Positions 48,646 to 58,392 of a stretch of DNA of 64,000 nucleotides are shown piece after piece; position 1 is the first letter of the stretch; each line of letters starts with the position of its first letter. The notes below the pieces were generated by a model, which saw nothing but the letters and a program-made list of their open reading frames with translations, was not told the DNA's origin and ran no database searches. The stretch lies in assembly GCA_044224875.1 (NCBI GenBank), contig JBGAJQ010000004.1, positions 64,001-128,000 of the forward strand, in the 5' to 3' direction. Source of the stretch: Gemmatimonadaceae bacterium. GTDB lineage: Bacteria; Gemmatimonadota; Gemmatimonadetes; Gemmatimonadales; Gemmatimonadaceae. A program made the position numbers and the translations under genes.

Positions 48646-48748
48646 GCGGGTGTGTTGGAGATGTGGTTGCCAATCTAGTGCCGTGTGGCACGGACGGCAC
48701 CAAAAGGGTTCGTCGTGTCACGGCGTGCTCGGTTCCGGACCACAACAA

Positions 48749-48955
48749 ACCGGCGCCGGCATCGGCCTCGGCGTTCTGGTGGCGCTTGCCGTCACCCAAA
48801 CCCTTCGCCAATTGCTCGAGGGGATCCAGGCGACCGATGCGCTGACGTTTGGAGGGGTTGTCGTGTTGACCGCTGTGGTCGGCCTGCTGGCGAGCGTCAT
48901 TCCCGCCTACCGCGCCGCATCCGCCCAACCCGCCGCGGTCTTGCGGTCGGGCTAA
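48749..48955 (+). pseudogene. C-terminal remnant of a FtsX/MacB-type ABC permease
   Basis: GIGLGVLVALAVTQTLRQLLEGIQATDALTFGGV..LLASVIPAYRAASAQPAAVLRSG matches the typical permease tail; no upstream body. Confidence 0.75.
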
Positions 48956-48965
48956 GCCCTGCACG

Positions 48966-49835
48966 TTACTTCACCCCAGGGATCCCCGTTGTCGGCAGGC
49001 CGGACACGAAGCGATACACCGCAGCCAGTTCCTCGTCCCGCAGGTGACTCGTGACCTGAAAGACTTGCCCCATCGTGGGAATCTTTCGCGCAGGGTCGCG
49101 GGGAGTCCCCGTGCGGAGGAGCGCGCCGAATTGGGCTTCGTTGTAGCCGACGGCCCCGGCGATTGACGGCGAAGGGAATGCAGGATCGCCAACCAGTTTC
49201 GCCCCGTGGCAGTCGGAGCAAATCAGCCGTGCGAGGTACTCACCTTGCCGCGTGCTCAGGTACAGCGTGTCGTTGCCGAGGCGAGGAGCCGTGGTGTCGA
49301 TAGCGGTGATGGCCAGGGAGAATTGACCCAACACGATACCCAAGCGCCCAACCGGACCGTAGGCGTTCGTCGGAAGGGACGCGGGCGATGTGCGCGCCGG
49401 CAACGTTCGCAGGTAAGCGATGATCGATGCCAAGTCCGCATCGGCCAATTGGAAAAACCCCGCCGGCGGCATAGTGAACGACGCCGAGCCGTCGGGCTTC
49501 ATCCCGTAGCGAAGGTAGCCGGCCAGCTGCCCATCGGTGTAGTTCGGCAAACGCGCGATCAAATCAGGTGCAACGATCCGTGCGATCAGTGGCTGGTCGA
49601 ACATGATGGTGCCGGCCAAGTCCGGACCGTGGCAGCCGCGGCACGACAGTTGAACTAGGTGTGCGCCGCGAGCCAGCGACGCGGAATCGGTCGGTGGCGG
49701 TAGGTGAACTTCGCGAACGGGATACTTGCGGCTGATCGCGCGTACGCTGAGCGCATACACGGCGCCCATCGCCAGGACAAGGAGTGTGACCAAGCCGGTC
49801 ACGATCCGCAGGGTCCATCGCTTCCAGTTCGCCAC
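48966..49835 (-). CDS. Membrane-anchored diheme c-type cytochrome
   Basis: CRGCH and CSDCH; N-terminal TM helix; RBS GGAGG before GTG 49835. Confidence 0.9.
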   Translation of the reverse strand: MANWKRWTLRIVTGLVTLLVLAMGAVYALSVRAISRKYPVREVHLPPPTDSASLARGAHLVQLSCRGCHGPDLAGTIMFDQPLIARIVAPDLIARLPNYTDGQLAGYLRYGMKPDGSASFTMPPAGFFQLADADLASIIAYLRTLPARTSPASLPTNAYGPVGRLGIVLGQFSLAITAIDTTAPRLGNDTLYLSTRQGEYLARLICSDCHGAKLVGDPAFPSPSIAGAVGYNEAQFGALLRTGTPRDPARKIPTMGQVFQVTSHLRDEELAAVYRFVSGLPTTGIPGVK

Positions 49836-50051
49836 CTCGGGTCCTCCCCCGTCACGGGTGCGGGGCAAACCTACGCTTCCTTGCTGGCGACCTCAAGCGT
49901 CGGCGGAACGACCTGTGCTCCTGCGAGTAAGGCGGCATTCACCGCGACGGGAGGGTCCACGACACCGCGGCCACGGTGCCGGCAGTACGCTGGTCAGACC
50001 GGACCGATCTTGTCCTTGCGGACGGAAAGCGGCGACGGTACATGGACGGCC

Positions 50052-51503
50052 ATGCGCCCCCATCGATCGCTCTGGCTGCAACAGGTACTCGGCGATGCAC
50101 CGGACGCCCCGCCGCTGCGTGGGAGCGAACGGTGTGACATAGCGATCGTTGGTGGTGGGTATGTGGGCCTCTGGACCGCCGTTAGGATCAAGGAACTCGA
50201 TTCCAGCTGTGACGTTGCGGTGTTGGAGCAGGACATTTGCGGCGGTGGGGCATCGGGACGTAACGGGGGGTTTGTCCTGTCGTGGTGGCCCAAGCTCGCC
50301 TCGCTCATGGCGCTCGTGGGAGCCGACGACGCGATAAGGATCGCCCGGTCGTCGGAAGCGGCCATCACCGAATTGGACGACTTCTGCCGCGGCCACGCGA
50401 TCGACGCCGACTTTCGCCGCGGCGGCTGGCTATGGACGGCCACCACGCGCGCCCAGTTGAATGCCTGGAGTGGGCTCTTGTCGCTCTGCGACCGAATGGG
50501 AATCGCACCATTCCGCCAGCTGGAACCCGCGGACGTGGCGCGCCGCGCGGGCTCCAGTGTCCACCGCGCGGGCATCTTCGAGGGCTCGGCCGCCATCGTG
50601 CAGCCGGCGGCCCTCGTCCGAGGACTCCGCCGCGTGGCACTCGAACTTGGCGTGCGAGTATTCGAGCACACGCCCGTGCGTCGCTTCACGCGCGACGAGC
50701 CCGTGACGCTGACGTGTCCTTCCGGCACGATGACCGCTTCCCGGTTGGTGCTGGCGACCAACGCCTGGGCAGCCAGTATCCGCGAGCTCTCCCGCGCGAT
50801 TGCCGTTATCTCTAGCGACATCGTGGCCACCGCACCCATCCCAGACGAACTCCACACCATCGGCTGGGAGGCTGACCTTTCGATTACCGACTCGCAGACG
50901 ATGGTTGACTACTATCGGCTGTCGGCCGACGGTCGGGTGGTGTTTGGAAAGGGCGGTTGGACGATCGCGCGGGGTGGAAGCATCGGCCCAAAGTTTGACC
51001 TGAATCCGCGACGCACCGCCGAGGTGACGGCGGACTTCCGGCGCTATTATCCATCGCTCGAACACGTGCCGATTACTCACGCTTGGTCGGGCCCGATCGA
51101 TCGTACGCCGAACAGCTTACCGCTCTTTGGCTATCTTGCTGGCAGGCGGCACATCGTATTCGGCGTCGGTTGGAGCGGCAACGGGGTGGGACCGAGCGTG
51201 CTTGGCGGCCGGATTCTCGCGTCGATGGCACTCGGGCGTCGCGACGAGTGGTCTGCGCATCCGCTGATCGGGCGGTCCGCCGGGCGCTTTCCACCGCAGC
51301 CGATCCGCTTTCTCGGGGCGCACGTGGTTCGCGCCGCGGTGGCGGCCAAGGAGCGAGCCGAGGCTCGGGATCAGGCGCCAACTTGGCTGGCTGTGAAGCT
51401 GGCGGCGCTGGCGCCGGCTGGGCTCGAGGACAAGGACGGCGTGTTAGGCGGCAGCGCGCACACTACGGATACAGGCTTAGTCGATCGGTCCGATGAAACG
51501 TGA
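50052..51503 (+). CDS. FAD-dependent oxidoreductase, DAO/PuuB-like
   Basis: IVGGGYVG, GGGASGRNGGF, VQPAALVRGL, WSGPID, GWSGNGVGPS. Confidence 0.9.
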   Translation: MRPHRSLWLQQVLGDAPDAPPLRGSERCDIAIVGGGYVGLWTAVRIKELDSSCDVAVLEQDICGGGASGRNGGFVLSWWPKLASLMALVGADDAIRIARSSEAAITELDDFCRGHAIDADFRRGGWLWTATTRAQLNAWSGLLSLCDRMGIAPFRQLEPADVARRAGSSVHRAGIFEGSAAIVQPAALVRGLRRVALELGVRVFEHTPVRRFTRDEPVTLTCPSGTMTASRLVLATNAWAASIRELSRAIAVISSDIVATAPIPDELHTIGWEADLSITDSQTMVDYYRLSADGRVVFGKGGWTIARGGSIGPKFDLNPRRTAEVTADFRRYYPSLEHVPITHAWSGPIDRTPNSLPLFGYLAGRRHIVFGVGWSGNGVGPSVLGGRILASMALGRRDEWSAHPLIGRSAGRFPPQPIRFLGAHVVRAAVAAKERAEARDQAPTWLAVKLAALAPAGLEDKDGVLGGSAHTTDTGLVDRSDET

Positions 51504-53019
51504 TACCGAAGAAGGCGTTTGGTGGTGTGAGGGTCGCCTCGAAGAGAACCGACTTCGTCGCGTAGTCGACTTCAATCACCTTGCCATAGGTCGTCGACGA
51601 CGTGATAGCGCCGGGCGACCAGATGACGTGATTGCTCGCTGGAAGGAAGTCGACGTCTGACACGATGCGAGAGAAGGTCGGGGCACCGCGTTCCTTTCCA
51701 TAGGTCCACACCTGCTTCACCGTCATGCTCGATTTGTCGATCACATACTCTACCGCCCGGCTGTAAGCAGCCGCGGCGCCGAAGTTCCGGTTGTCGCCAT
51801 TGTCGAAGAGCATGAGGTGGCCGTTCGGTAGCAGCTTCGGCGCGTGCTGATACCAGTTCCACTCGAAGTCGGCGTGGCTGGTGTTGCCGTCGAGGATCGA
51901 CTGGTCTCGAATCGGGTCTCCGTTCGCGTCGATCGGCTGCAGGAGACGCGTGCGCAGGTCCACACCGTTCCCGCTCGTGCCCCATCCCTTGTGTGGTGAG
52001 AGGATCCACACGACCCGGTTGCCCTCATCCAGCTTTACGACGCCCTGTGTACGGCCGGAAATGATAATGGTGTTGTCACTCGCGTCGTATGCCACGGCGT
52101 TCACGTGGATCCAGTCGACGGCGTCATTCGTCAATGTCCTTCGCCCGTACTGCAGCGAGGCGCGCAGGTCCCAGGTCCGGATGATCTGTTTGCTGGTGCG
52201 GTCGAGCTCGAGGATCCAGTCCTCGGTTGTCGCGTCCCCCGCCTTGCTCGCACAGACAAGAAAATTCCCGTTAGGCTTCTCCAACACCTGGTGATGGAAC
52301 TGGTAACCGGGGAGGAACCAGGTGTTCACGATCCGGCCGAAGTGGTCGATCTCGTAGATGGAGCTGGAGTTGATGTCCCCAAAATAGAAGTTGCCGTTCT
52401 TCAGACGTTCGATGCCGTCGTCGTAGAACAGGTTGCCGAAGCTCGCGTGAGCGCTGAAGTCGAGGTACCAGCGCACGTCGCCCCAGGCATCGAAGATGAA
52501 AGGACTCTGCGGAAAGGCGCTGGCTTTGTAGCCGAAGTAGGAGACGAGCGTCATGCCGGGCGCGTATTGCCCGTCTTGGCGGGCATCGATCCTGATCTGC
52601 GGAAACGTGCCGCCCGGCAGCGGCGCCGTTTGAATCGTGTACGTCTTCCGCGCGTACTCGCCCCCCGTCTCACTCTTGAAGACCAGCTGCACCGTGTTGG
52701 CGAAGCCGGCGTAGAGTCCGAGGACCGGGATGTCGTGCGTTGTCCCCACAGCGTCGAAGTCCTTCACCACGTCGCTTGCCGCGCCGTGTTTCCCTGCAAC
52801 CATGACCGAGACCTTTGACGGCTTAGACGTCTCGACGTGGATCACGGCGGTAAGGGGAGCGAAGGGCGTACTTGGCGCCACGACGCCGTCATTTTGAATG
52901 AGAAACTGGTCGGCAGGGGTGACGGACTCGTTGGACGAACAGGCGGCGAATGCCATCGCAGCTGCGACACATACTAGGCCCCAAAGGGCCGTGTTGAACC
53001 GACGCTTTGCGACGCTCAT
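51463..53019 (-). CDS. Aryl-sulfate sulfotransferase (ASST)-like lipoprotein
   Basis: Lipobox FAAC; PFAPLTA, HDIPVLGLY, FHHQV, DWIHVNAV, YQHAP, FDNGDNR, YSRAVEY. Confidence 0.88.
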   Translation of the reverse strand: MSVAKRRFNTALWGLVCVAAAMAFAACSSNESVTPADQFLIQNDGVVAPSTPFAPLTAVIHVETSKPSKVSVMVAGKHGAASDVVKDFDAVGTTHDIPVLGLYAGFANTVQLVFKSETGGEYARKTYTIQTAPLPGGTFPQIRIDARQDGQYAPGMTLVSYFGYKASAFPQSPFIFDAWGDVRWYLDFSAHASFGNLFYDDGIERLKNGNFYFGDINSSSIYEIDHFGRIVNTWFLPGYQFHHQVLEKPNGNFLVCASKAGDATTEDWILELDRTSKQIIRTWDLRASLQYGRRTLTNDAVDWIHVNAVAYDASDNTIIISGRTQGVVKLDEGNRVVWILSPHKGWGTSGNGVDLRTRLLQPIDANGDPIRDQSILDGNTSHADFEWNWYQHAPKLLPNGHLMLFDNGDNRNFGAAAAYSRAVEYVIDKSSMTVKQVWTYGKERGAPTFSRIVSDVDFLPASNHVIWSPGAITSSTTYGKVIEVDYATKSVLFEATLTPPNAFFGITFHRTDRLSLYP

Positions 53020-53204
53020 CCTAAGTCACCGTCACCGTCTTGCATCGATACCTCGCGCCCGGTTCACTAGTTTGGTTCCGCCGATTTGGCGCGGGATGTC
53101 GGCAAATCGCCCGATGCGCACCCGTTCGGCCGCCTCGTAGCATGAATAGCGCGGTCGGAACAGCGAATTGCGGTGACATCTCGATTCAGGATTGCGAGGT
53201 CCAT

Positions 53205-55169
53205 ATGCGGTCTACCGGTCGTTTCGCCACCAGACTTTCTGCCATCTACATACTCGGCGCCGTCGTCGCGACAGGATGCGGCACTGATAATGGGACCGAA
53301 TCACTACGAGAAAGTAGCCAAAGATCGACGTGGATGTCTGACGGTGGGAGCGCGGATGTCGCGGCGGCATGTCGGCTCTGCGTCTTTGGCCCGCGGACGT
53401 TTGTACGCGGCACGGGCGCTCCCGAGGTCTCGCGCGCGTCGTTCTCGTCAATCCCCGGCCCAGGCTTCGTGGCTGCTGTGCGCGGCACCACGGGGCCGGG
53501 CGGGTTCGTCAGGCTGAACGGCGCGGTGTTGTTCTCGGACGCCTCGCCCGCTAACGACACCGTTCCGGTACTTCTGCTTGCGGCGAATACCATCGAGGTG
53601 ATGCTGACGGGACCAGCGAAGTCCACACTGTGGCTAGCCATTCGGGCGCGCAACGGACTGACTTTCGACGCCGCGACATTCAGCTCGTCGCCACTACTGG
53701 ACATCGATGGGGCAGCGTTGCCGTATGCCGCAACGCTGACGAATCATGGAGGTGTGGCTGGCCACGCGACGATGGTTCGAGCATGGATTGTTCAGGGAGC
53801 CGCCCAACGGGCGGCTGGGTCGGGATTCGTCGATTGCGGTGGGGCGGCCGGTGACCTTCCGCCGGGTGTCTGCGTGTCGCCAGGCCACACGCTCTCGGCC
53901 AGCAACAGCACACCGGGGATCGGAACATTGGTTCCTGGGGCGGCGGCGGCGCTGATGGAGGCACAAACCTTCGGGCCAGCCGGCACGAGCTTCGTCGACT
54001 CGCTCACCATTCCGGTCACCCTCACGAGTTCCACCCCGCCGGCCGTCATCCGCGTGGACGTGAACCCGACGAGCTTTCACTTTGACAGCCCGGGTCTGGT
54101 GTCGCAGCTCACGGCGAACGTCACCGTGGTTGGCAATGCGCCTAAGACGGTCGCATGGAGCTCATCAAACCCTGTCGCGGTCGTCGTCGGCTCCAACGGT
54201 TCGACCACGAGCCTCTCGGCAGGGGCAGCCCTCGTCACGGCCGTCTCGACGTTCGATCCGACCAAGCGAGGGACGTCGCTGGTGACGGTGGTGTGGCCGC
54301 CAGTTCTCGGGGATGGTGTTCTCGTTGGGCCGGGAACGCCAACACTGGTCCCCGGGCAGCAAGTCCTGCTTGCGGCCCAGGTGGACGGCGTCTCGGATCA
54401 CACGGCACGGTGGAGTTCGTCGAACACCCTGGTCGCGACAGTCAACTCGGTTGGTCAAGTTACCGCGATCGGTCCGGGGGCGGCCCTCATCAACGCGTCG
54501 TCCGTGGCCGATCCTGCCAAGAGTGGCACGTCACTGGTGTCGGTGGACGTGCTACCAGCGTACGGGAACGGAGTGAATGTCAGTCCGGGCGGGTTGCTCC
54601 TGGCGGTGGGCGGCCAGGCGCGATTAGCGGCGCAGGTGATCGGCGGGCCCAATCAAGTCGCCTGGACCTCATCGAACAGTGGTGTGGCGCCTGTGTCCTC
54701 GTTCGGCACGGTCACTGGCGTCATGCGCGGCCCGGCGACCATCACGGCCACCGCGGTGTCCGCCCCGGCCAACCAAGGATCGTCGTCGATCGAAGTCTAC
54801 GACTTCAACCTGACGGCTCCGAACACACCAACCGCGGTATCGACCGGAACAACACAGCCACCCGCGAACCCCGTGAGCACGTTGCTCGTGGCCGGTGCCT
54901 GCGGCTCGACCACGATCACCGTGCCCGGCGTCTCTCGCGTCGACTTCTACGCCAATGTGCTGGGCGCACCAGTGCTGATCGGGGCGACGAGCTCGTTCTT
55001 CGTCACGGACAACGGGCTCACACGCTGCTTCAACTGGAGCATGATGTGGACACCAGGGAGTGCGTTCGGCACGGGTCCACAAGCGCTCTTTGCCAGGGGA
55101 TACGATGCGCACTCCCGTATGGTCGCGGTGACGCCGACAAACGGGTTCGTCACCATCACCGATCCGTAG
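53205..55169 (+). CDS. Lipoprotein with three Ig-like (Big_2) repeats
   Basis: VATGC lipobox-like; three W(S/T)SSNxxVxxVxxxG repeats; RBS GAGG. Confidence 0.82.
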   Translation: MRSTGRFATRLSAIYILGAVVATGCGTDNGTESLRESSQRSTWMSDGGSADVAAACRLCVFGPRTFVRGTGAPEVSRASFSSIPGPGFVAAVRGTTGPGGFVRLNGAVLFSDASPANDTVPVLLLAANTIEVMLTGPAKSTLWLAIRARNGLTFDAATFSSSPLLDIDGAALPYAATLTNHGGVAGHATMVRAWIVQGAAQRAAGSGFVDCGGAAGDLPPGVCVSPGHTLSASNSTPGIGTLVPGAAAALMEAQTFGPAGTSFVDSLTIPVTLTSSTPPAVIRVDVNPTSFHFDSPGLVSQLTANVTVVGNAPKTVAWSSSNPVAVVVGSNGSTTSLSAGAALVTAVSTFDPTKRGTSLVTVVWPPVLGDGVLVGPGTPTLVPGQQVLLAAQVDGVSDHTARWSSSNTLVATVNSVGQVTAIGPGAALINASSVADPAKSGTSLVSVDVLPAYGNGVNVSPGGLLLAVGGQARLAAQVIGGPNQVAWTSSNSGVAPVSSFGTVTGVMRGPATITATAVSAPANQGSSSIEVYDFNLTAPNTPTAVSTGTTQPPANPVSTLLVAGACGSTTITVPGVSRVDFYANVLGAPVLIGATSSFFVTDNGLTRCFNWSMMWTPGSAFGTGPQALFARGYDAHSRMVAVTPTNGFVTITDP

Positions 55170-55286
55170 AGCTCTTCGCGAAGGAGCGGACCATGCGCAC
55201 GCGCCCTTAAGGGTGCGTGCGCTGCTCGCCGCCACTGATTCTCAGCGTCTGACTGGAACGGATAGGCGCGGCGTCGTTCGTACGAT

Positions 55287-56323
55287 CTAGGGGTCGCAGC
55301 TGGCGATCACCCAGCGCGCAGCGTGATGCACGCCAGCCATGTTGAGTATCCCAACGACGCTCCCGCAGCGGTTGACTGCCGTCGCCAGACTCTCTGTCGT
55401 ACCCGGCAGCGTCGGCAGGAGCACCAGCGCCCCACCACCAAAACCAGTCGCGGCAGCGTTTGTCGGCGATCGTCGCTGGCCGACGATGCGACCGGCGTCA
55501 GAGATGTCGAATGCCTGGCCCTCGACGGGACGGCTCTGCATGCCACGCGACGGCGTCCACACGAACGGAGCCAGCGAGATCGTGGGCGTCGAGGCGATGC
55601 CAACGATCGTACCGGCGCTGTTGATGCCGTACGCACTCGACCGGTACCCTCCAGGGACAGGCCAAGGTCGCTGAAGCCGTTCGACGCGGTCCAGCGCGCC
55701 GCGTGCACCTCACCATTCGCGAGTACGACATCGCCGGCGATCACACCGGCCGCCGATACCGCCCGCGCGAACGTGTCGGTGTATGAGCTGCCGACGGGAT
55801 GGATGTCGAGGAAGCCTCCGCTGTCGGTGTGCCGGAACGCGTGCCACCGATTGCCCTCGGCGCGCACGTACATGCCGACGATCTCCTCGGCGTTATTCAC
55901 GTCGGTCGGGAACACGAAGGTGGCGCGGGGGATGGGGATCGTGTTAAAGCTGCCGGATCGCCACACGAACCCGAAGGACCCGCCAAGGATGGCGTTGGCC
56001 GCGCCGACGATCGTCCGTGCGTCATTGATGCCGGTGGCCTCCGCCTCGACAGCTCCGGCGGGGAGTCCAAGATCCGTGCGCGTCGACCCGATCCAGAGTG
56101 CGGGATGTGGCCCACCCGACGACGGCGTGAGTATGCCCGCCACGTCACCGCCGGCGTTCAGGTCGCGCGCCTCTCCTGGCCCGAGATCCTCCACTACGAA
56201 GCGTACCTCGTCGATGCTCGACCCAAAGGTCGGATCGATCGCTTCAGTGGTGGTTGCTCGATCACGGCAGGCGACGCTCAGGGCGAGCAGCCCAAGCAGC
56301 GACGCCACGCTGAGGTTTCGCAC
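55287..56323 (-). pseudogene. HAF-type extracellular repeat lipoprotein with an apparent 1-bp frameshift near 55660
   Basis: Repeats EATGINDARTIVG and WHAFR; after FSDLG the pattern continues in another frame (VPGGYRSSAYGINSAGTIVG..HHAARW). Confidence 0.75.
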
Positions 56324-56715
56324 GGTCCCTCCCAGTCGAATGTTTGTGCCGGTTTCAGACGGACGTGACGCCGCGGTCGCTCAGGTATGTCGGCAGTCTT
56401 GGCGGCGCCGACTCGTGACGCAGAGCAACATCGGCCGCGCCGGCGGAGGAGGCAATCTGTCGCGTTGGCGCCGCGGTGTCGGCGCGGCTGCAGCCACATC
56501 CGTAGGGGGCTTGGGTGGCCGAGTTGGAACGGACTTAGCCCGTGTTAGGCGCGCTCGTCCGCTATTCCGATGTCCGGCAACAGGGCGTTCCCATGCCGAA
56601 TTTCCTGACTGATTCACCAAGCCTTCCCTCCGAACGTTCTGTTGCGACCGCACGCTTCCGCGATGGTGGACCGGTGGGTCGTCGAGCGATCGCGTGTGTG
56701 AGCGAGGAGGATACG

Positions 56716-57189
56716 ATGAGGGGATGGATCTTGCTCGCCATGTTTCCGGCGACGCTCGCTGGTACGGCCGCCGCGCAGCCGCTGGCTATAGGCGGTCGTG
56801 TGCGTATGCAGGCGATCGACAGTGCAGGCGTTGGCGCGCGCGTCGTCGTGGGGACTGTGCTGGCACTTCCGCCCGGCTACGTGACGTTGCAGCCGCACAT
56901 CGGGCAGTCGTCGATCGACATTTCGCTCGGGAGCATCAGGCAGGTGGATGTGAGCCGTGGGTTCGGCAATCATCGCCGCGGTGGAATGCTCGTCGGTGGC
57001 CTGATCTCAGGCACGGCGTTCGTGGGACTTGCCTGTGCGTTCAGCAACGGCTCATGCTCGATTGGCGACAACGTCGGCGGCTTCGCCGCGTACTACGCGG
57101 TGGGGGCAATCCCTGGCGCGATCGTCGGGGGAATGATCGGCGCCTGCCGGCGGGGAGCGGAACGCTGGGAAACGGTGTGGAGGAGATAG
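56716..57189 (+). CDS. Hypothetical secreted/membrane protein with Gly-rich hydrophobic hairpin
   Basis: RBS GAGGAGG; signal peptide; C-terminal GAIVGGMIG..ERWETV. Confidence 0.7.
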   Translation: MRGWILLAMFPATLAGTAAAQPLAIGGRVRMQAIDSAGVGARVVVGTVLALPPGYVTLQPHIGQSSIDISLGSIRQVDVSRGFGNHRRGGMLVGGLISGTAFVGLACAFSNGSCSIGDNVGGFAAYYAVGAIPGAIVGGMIGACRRGAERWETVWRR

Positions 57190-57205
57190 GGTCGCCGTAG
57201 GCTCG

Positions 57206-58201
57206 TCAGGCCGCTCCGCCGGTCACGAGAATCTTTCCATCTCGCTCGCCAGCACTCGCCGCAGCCACCGCCTCGCGAATCTGCGCCACAGGGTACGTCG
57301 CGCGAACGCGAGCGCGCAACGTTCCTTCGGCCACCAGCTTCGTCAATTCGGCGTACAGCGCGCGTTGTGCCTCACGGCTTGCCTCACGGAACCACTTCAC
57401 CAGCCAGAATCCCTTGAGCGTGAGGTCGCGGAAAATGAAATGAGTGGGCGCTACCCGGCACGCCTCACCGCTGAGGACGCCGTAGTTCACGAGGGTGGCT
57501 CCGTCGGCTTGGCACTGTGCCAGCCGCTCGGTCGCCGAGCCACTTACGGCGTCAATGCCCAGGCGAATCGGCGCTCCACCCGTGGCCTCGCGCACTTGCG
57601 AGGCGACGTCCTTGCCATCTGTCAGGACCACGTCGCCACCCTGAGCCTGCGCGACGTCGAGCGCTGACGCGCGCCGCACGAGGTTCACGGTCCGCAGCCC
57701 GCGCTGCTTCGCCAGCTGCATCACATAGCCGCCCACGGCCGAATTGGCGGCATTCTGGACCACCCAGTCCCCGGGGTGGAGTGACACAAAGTCGCTCAGC
57801 ATCAGCGACGCGGTCGGCGGGTTTACGGTCAGCATCGACAGCTGCAAGGGATCGGCTCCCTCTGGGAGCGGCACCACATCCCGTACGTCGGCCACCACGT
57901 GCGTGACCCAGGTTCCTCGGCCGCGCGGCAGGAGCACCAATTGTCCGACCGGCAGGGCACTCACGCCCTCGCCGAGTGCCACGACGCGACCCACACCCTC
58001 GCTTCCGCCGATGGCTGGCAAGGGCGGCAGCACGCCGTATTCACCCGTCAGCATCAGCAGGTTCGACGGATTGATCGGAGAGGCCAGCATGGCGACGAGC
58101 ACCTGCCCGGCGGCCGGCGGTTGCAGCTCGAGGGGCACGGCCCGGATCACGTCCTGCGGCGCAGGACCAAGGTGATCGTACTCGGCTTTCAGCATGGTCA
58201 T
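57206..58201 (-). CDS. MDR-family 2-enoyl thioester reductase-like oxidoreductase
   Basis: ASPINPSN, GSEGVG, VNPPTA, QNAANSAVG, VNYG, LKGFW. Confidence 0.9.
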   Translation of the reverse strand: MTMLKAEYDHLGPAPQDVIRAVPLELQPPAAGQVLVAMLASPINPSNLLMLTGEYGVLPPLPAIGGSEGVGRVVALGEGVSALPVGQLVLLPRGRGTWVTHVVADVRDVVPLPEGADPLQLSMLTVNPPTASLMLSDFVSLHPGDWVVQNAANSAVGGYVMQLAKQRGLRTVNLVRRASALDVAQAQGGDVVLTDGKDVASQVREATGGAPIRLGIDAVSGSATERLAQCQADGATLVNYGVLSGEACRVAPTHFIFRDLTLKGFWLVKWFREASREAQRALYAELTKLVAEGTLRARVRATYPVAQIREAVAAASAGERDGKILVTGGAA

Positions 58202-58392
58202 TCTTGGGCCTCCGTCAGGCGCCTTGGTCGGTACAACCCATTCAGGTCATGTGCGGCGGTGGAGTCGAGCGCATGAGGTCGGTGACAGCAGCCGTGCCAC
58301 GTCCGCCGCTCCAACCCAATCAGCCGCCAAGGGCACAGCCGCCCAGCCGGTCACCAGCTTTGGACTCACAGGGCAACGTAGAATAACTACCG

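Noticed and set aside
51463..51503. 41-bp convergent overlap as antisense regulation
   Set aside because: Most simply a non-conserved C-terminal tail of the oxidoreductase after GLEDK.
56400..56550. Possible degenerate attC before the 56716 gene
   Set aside because: I could not build a paired R''-L''/L'-R' structure.
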